A stretch of 64,000 bases of DNA, from positions 1 through 64,000 of the forward strand of contig CAWDPO010000034.1 in NCBI GenBank assembly GCA_963804165.1, read 5' to 3'. The notes below the pieces were generated by a model. That model worked only from the letters and a program-made list of their open reading frames with translations. It made no database searches and was not told the origin of the DNA. Below are positions 61,781 through 64,000 of this stretch, piece by piece (position 1 is the first letter of the stretch; every line of letters begins with the position of its first letter). Position numbers and translations under genes: made by a program. The DNA comes from an uncultured delta proteobacterium (GTDB taxonomy: Bacteria > Desulfobacterota > Binatia > UBA9968).

Positions 61781-62155
61781 TTAGGAGGCGCCGCCGAAAC
61801 GTTCGGTATTGACAATCGCCCGGCGATGCGTTCCTTCGCCAATTTTCACGCCCTGATCGTTCGTAGCCGACACCGTGTAGCGGAGCTTATGATCCTTTAC
61901 TTCCAGAAGGGAGGCCGTTACGGTTACGCTTTGGCCGATCTTCGTCGGCGCCATATGGCGCACGTCGACGTGCGTCCCAACCGTTTGTTCGTCTTCGTCT
62001 AGATACGGTTCCGTTAAATCGACACAGGTTCTTTCCATCAGACCGATCATGGCCGGCGTCGAGAAAACATCCGCTTTCAATTGTCGTGCGCGCATTTCCA
62101 AGGTCGTCACGTAACTTCGCGTGCGAGCTATTCCCGGTGTCAGCTCGTTCTTCAT
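61781..62155 (-). CDS. FlK-like hotdog thioesterase
   Basis: VFSTPAMIGLME, TVG..V.V.H.APT and GEG.H.R motifs. Confidence 0.88.
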   Translation of the reverse strand: MKNELTPGIARTRSYVTTLEMRARQLKADVFSTPAMIGLMERTCVDLTEPYLDEDEQTVGTHVDVRHMAPTKIGQSVTVTASLLEVKDHKLRYTVSATNDQGVKIGEGTHRRAIVNTERFGGAS

Positions 62156-62288
62156 ATCCGGAATATACGGGAGGTAGCGGTCGGTGCGCAATAGCTCGGC
62201 CGTAACAGGCGAGTGATGACGCAAACCCTTGTGACGTCAGATTCGATTCGTGCTATGAGGAAGAAGAATCTCTCAGGAGTTCGACAAT

Positions 62289-63329
62289 ATGCTGTTACCA
62301 TTTCGCGAGCATCTGGATTTCGGCCCAACCCCATACGACCTGCTGCAGGCCAAAGAGGGCATCCCGATCGTCAAAGGAAACGTCGTCAGCGACGTGACGA
62401 CCCTCGAGCTTAAACCATGGGAGCGTATGGGCACCCTCGGTTGTTATCTCAATCTTTCCAATCAGCAGCAGACGGACGCCTACGTTTGCGAGATCGCGCC
62501 GGGCGGCGAGACGTTGCCGCAGCGCCATCTCTTCGAGGAAATCCTCTATGTCGCCAGGGGACGCGGCGCGACGTCGGTTTGGCAGGAGGGTACGTCAAAG
62601 GTGACGTTTGAGTGGGGCGCGGGGGCGATTTTCGCTATACCGCTGAATTCCTCCTACGTTCACTACAATGGCTCGCGGGACGAGCCGGTGCGCTTGTTCG
62701 CAGGCACCACATGCCCGCGCATGATCAATATATTTCACAACGAGGAATTTATTTTTCGTAATCCGTTTAACTTTCGCGACCGTTTCCACGACGGCGAAGA
62801 GTTCTTGCGCTACAACAAACACAAGGCGGAGCGTTACTGGGAAACCAATTTGGTGCCGGACGTCAATCAGTTTGCACTCGACGATTTCCCCATGAAGGGC
62901 AAAGGCGTGAAGCACATGCGCTTCACCTTGGCCGATACGACTTACGGTTGTCACGTGTCGGAGTTCCCGCCGGGATGCCGCAGCACGTTTCATCGCCATG
63001 GTCCGGGTGCGGTGATTATTATTACCCAGGGTGAAGGGTACGTTGTCCTGTGGAAAGACGGCGAGGAGCGACGGCGCCATGACTTCAAAGTCGGCACCGT
63101 CTACTCACCCGACGACCTGATGTGGCACGGCCATTTTAATACCGGCAAAGGTACCATGCGCCATTTCGCGATCCGCGGCGACAGTCCGAAATACAGCCAC
63201 GATCGCTTCCGCAATCCGCTGTGGACGATGATCCCGATGGAAGACGAGCCGCCGGAGATTCACCGAGAATACGTGCAGATTCTGCGTGAAAAGGGCGTGC
63301 AAGCCGCGGTGTCGGTCGTCGAAGATTAA
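62289..63329 (+). CDS. Bicupin protein (gentisate dioxygenase-like)
   Basis: QRHLFEE...H and HRHGPG...WHGHFN motifs. Confidence 0.78.
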   Translation: MLLPFREHLDFGPTPYDLLQAKEGIPIVKGNVVSDVTTLELKPWERMGTLGCYLNLSNQQQTDAYVCEIAPGGETLPQRHLFEEILYVARGRGATSVWQEGTSKVTFEWGAGAIFAIPLNSSYVHYNGSRDEPVRLFAGTTCPRMINIFHNEEFIFRNPFNFRDRFHDGEEFLRYNKHKAERYWETNLVPDVNQFALDDFPMKGKGVKHMRFTLADTTYGCHVSEFPPGCRSTFHRHGPGAVIIITQGEGYVVLWKDGEERRRHDFKVGTVYSPDDLMWHGHFNTGKGTMRHFAIRGDSPKYSHDRFRNPLWTMIPMEDEPPEIHREYVQILREKGVQAAVSVVED

Positions 63330-63360
63330 AAAACCTACAGGGCAAGGCAGGAGGTTGTTA

Positions 63361-64000
63361 TGATGAACGGTCCGGTCATTGACGCCGATGGCCATGTGTT
63401 GGAGAAAGAGCGATACATTCGCAAGTATCTTGAAGCGCCCTGGGATAAGCGATCGACGTCGCTGCGCACCCGGGATCAACCCTGGGATGCCAATCTCTTC
63501 GACAGCTTCGAGATGGCGGTGCGCTGGGAAGATCTCAGCCCTAAGGAACAGATCGACGAATGGCACGCGGTGATGGAGCGCGAGGGGATGGTTCATGCGA
63601 TTTGTTTTCCCACCGGGTCGGGCAATGTCTCGAAAATCCAAGAGTTGGATTTCGCTCTTGCGGTGGCGCGCGCGTGCAACACCCATTTCGCCAAAGAATT
63701 TAACGCGCTGTCGGATCGAGTAAGTTGCGTCGGGGTTTTACCGTTGCGCGATCCCAAGGCCGCCGCTGAAGAGCTGCGCCGCGGCGTGACGGAGTTGGGC
63801 TTGAAGGGATTCGAGATCTTGCCGATGGGTTTGCCGATGGCGTTGGGCAGCACTTTTTACGACCCGGTCTACGCTGAAGCGGAAAAATTGGGCGCGGTGA
63901 TCGGTATCCACGGGTCGCGCAGCAACTCCCATGAGATCGGCGCGGCCAACTTGTCGACCTTCGCCGAAGTCCATTCGTACGCCTTCACGGTTGGTTTGCT
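63361..64000 (+). CDS. Amidohydrolase_2 family protein, partial (frameshift; runs off window)
   Basis: IDADGHV, FPT, AAAEELRR and IGIHG motifs. Confidence 0.8.

Overview
GC-rich bacterial chromosomal window. Gene content (many NMT1/THI5-type binding proteins, LLM, Rieske and amidohydrolase genes, an ImuA with a KDKRRGP tail) suggests a Binatia/deltaproteobacterium-like genome, which is inference only. Many single-base frameshifts point to an unpolished long-read assembly. Layout: (1) 1-18.2 kb housekeeping genes (hydantoinase B, SDRs, cobW-like, rluA-like, pheA-hisC-tyrA-aroA-cmk-rpsA-sppA-ihfB-HIT, AAA+vWA pair). (2) 18.3-24.3 kb lexA-imuA-imuB SOS cassette with no dnaE2 in the window. It is interrupted by two four-helix-bundle (IVP/Avd-like) genes, each bracketed by inverted arrays of GTTCAA-core tandem repeats (one a perfect 30-bp inverted repeat). 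An ORF-less copy sits upstream of lexA, solo arms occur elsewhere, and higA, tcmP and DUF5131 follow. (3) 24.3-41.2 kb decayed integron: a 3' stub of intI pointing into the array, a candidate attI, and more than 15 attC or attC-like sites with cassettes. (4) plant-type thrC plus cystathionine gamma-synthase. (5) 45-64 kb catabolic and transport genes, an IS5-like element, several sigma-54 promoters, and a GST gene with an in-frame UGA at the catalytic Cys position followed by a SECIS-like hairpin (probable selenoprotein). Strongest novel candidate: the repeat-bracketed four-helix-bundle insertion element family.
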